This document shows, piece by piece, positions 63,523 through 64,000 of a stretch of 64,000 bases of DNA. Under the pieces are notes generated by a model. That model had not been told where the DNA came from, searched no databases, and saw nothing but the letters and a program-made list of their open reading frames with translations. Both the position numbers and the translations under genes were made by a program. Location: assembly GCA_964188305.1 (NCBI GenBank), contig OZ076896.1; one strand, written 5' to 3'. Numbering within the stretch: the stretch's first letter is position 1; each line of letters begins with the position of its first letter. Source of the stretch: Podarcis bocagei (Eukaryota).

Positions 63523-64000
63523 CAGTGTTTCCCAACCACTGTTCCGCGGCACACTAGTGTGCCGCGAGATGTTGCCTGGTGTGCCGCGAGATGTTGCCTG
63601 GAGGGAGGCGGGCGAGTCGGGCGGCGAGAGGCGGGGCGGCGGTGGCGAGGAGAGGCCGCCCAGCGCGGGGCTCTCGCCGTCTGCCTGCCTGGCTGCCTGC
63701 GAGCTCGGCGGGCAGCGCCTCTGTCCGCAGCGCCCGCCTCGCGGCTCTCATTCCCTGCCCCTGCCAAAGCTCACCCAGCCAAGCCGCGCTCTCCTTCCTG
63801 CCTCGCTTTGCTGCCTCCTCCCCCCCTACCCCCAAAGCTTGGAGGTTCCCCGGCAAGGGGGAGGGAAAAAAATTGAAACTTACACTTTCGTGCGTCCCTC
63901 CCGGCGTGACGCTGCGCGCTGACGTCACCGGGCTGTAATGGTGGTGTGCCTCGAGATTTTTTTCATCAAACAAGTGTGCCTTTGCCCAAAAAAGGTTGGG
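63523..64000. mobile_element. hAT (Charlie-like) non-autonomous element, truncated by window end
   Basis: CAGTGTTTCCCAACC left TIR; window ends in GGTTGGG, the start of the matching right TIR; GC-rich interior. Confidence 0.8.

Noticed and set aside
62717-63973. Long Arg/Ala/Pro-rich ORFs near the window end
   Set aside because: GC-rich interiors of non-autonomous transposons; no transposase motifs.

Overview
This is a vertebrate genomic window, most likely from a squamate (probably lacertid) lizard, judged from Sauria SINEs and other squamate-type repeats. It carries the conserved SUB1-ZFR-MTMR12 block. SUB1/PC4 is complete on the minus strand (4 coding exons, 126 aa). ZFR is on the plus strand, divergent from SUB1 across about 3.3 kb; 19 of its 20 coding exons are visible, and exon 16 is absent, probably lying in the 212-nt N-run at 43534-43745. 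The CpG-island promoter, exon 1 and part of intron 1 of MTMR12 follow on the plus strand. Introns and intergenic DNA hold a Penelope-like element with a minimal hammerhead ribozyme, SINEs, L1/L2/CR1 fragments, and hAT and Tc1/mariner-type MITEs, several with intact target-site duplications (TSDs). The main leads are: (i) a repeat-free stretch of ZFR introns 15-16 with several candidate poison or alternative exons around the hidden exon 16, suggesting an alternative-splicing/NMD control module; (ii) an in-frame 54-aa N-terminal extension of MTMR12 with an acidic LIR-like motif (DDDDAAESSWEEL); (iii) a crossed A-B-a'-b' inverted duplication in MTMR12 intron 1. Gene identities come from recalled orthologue sequences plus splice-phase arithmetic. 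No database searches were run.
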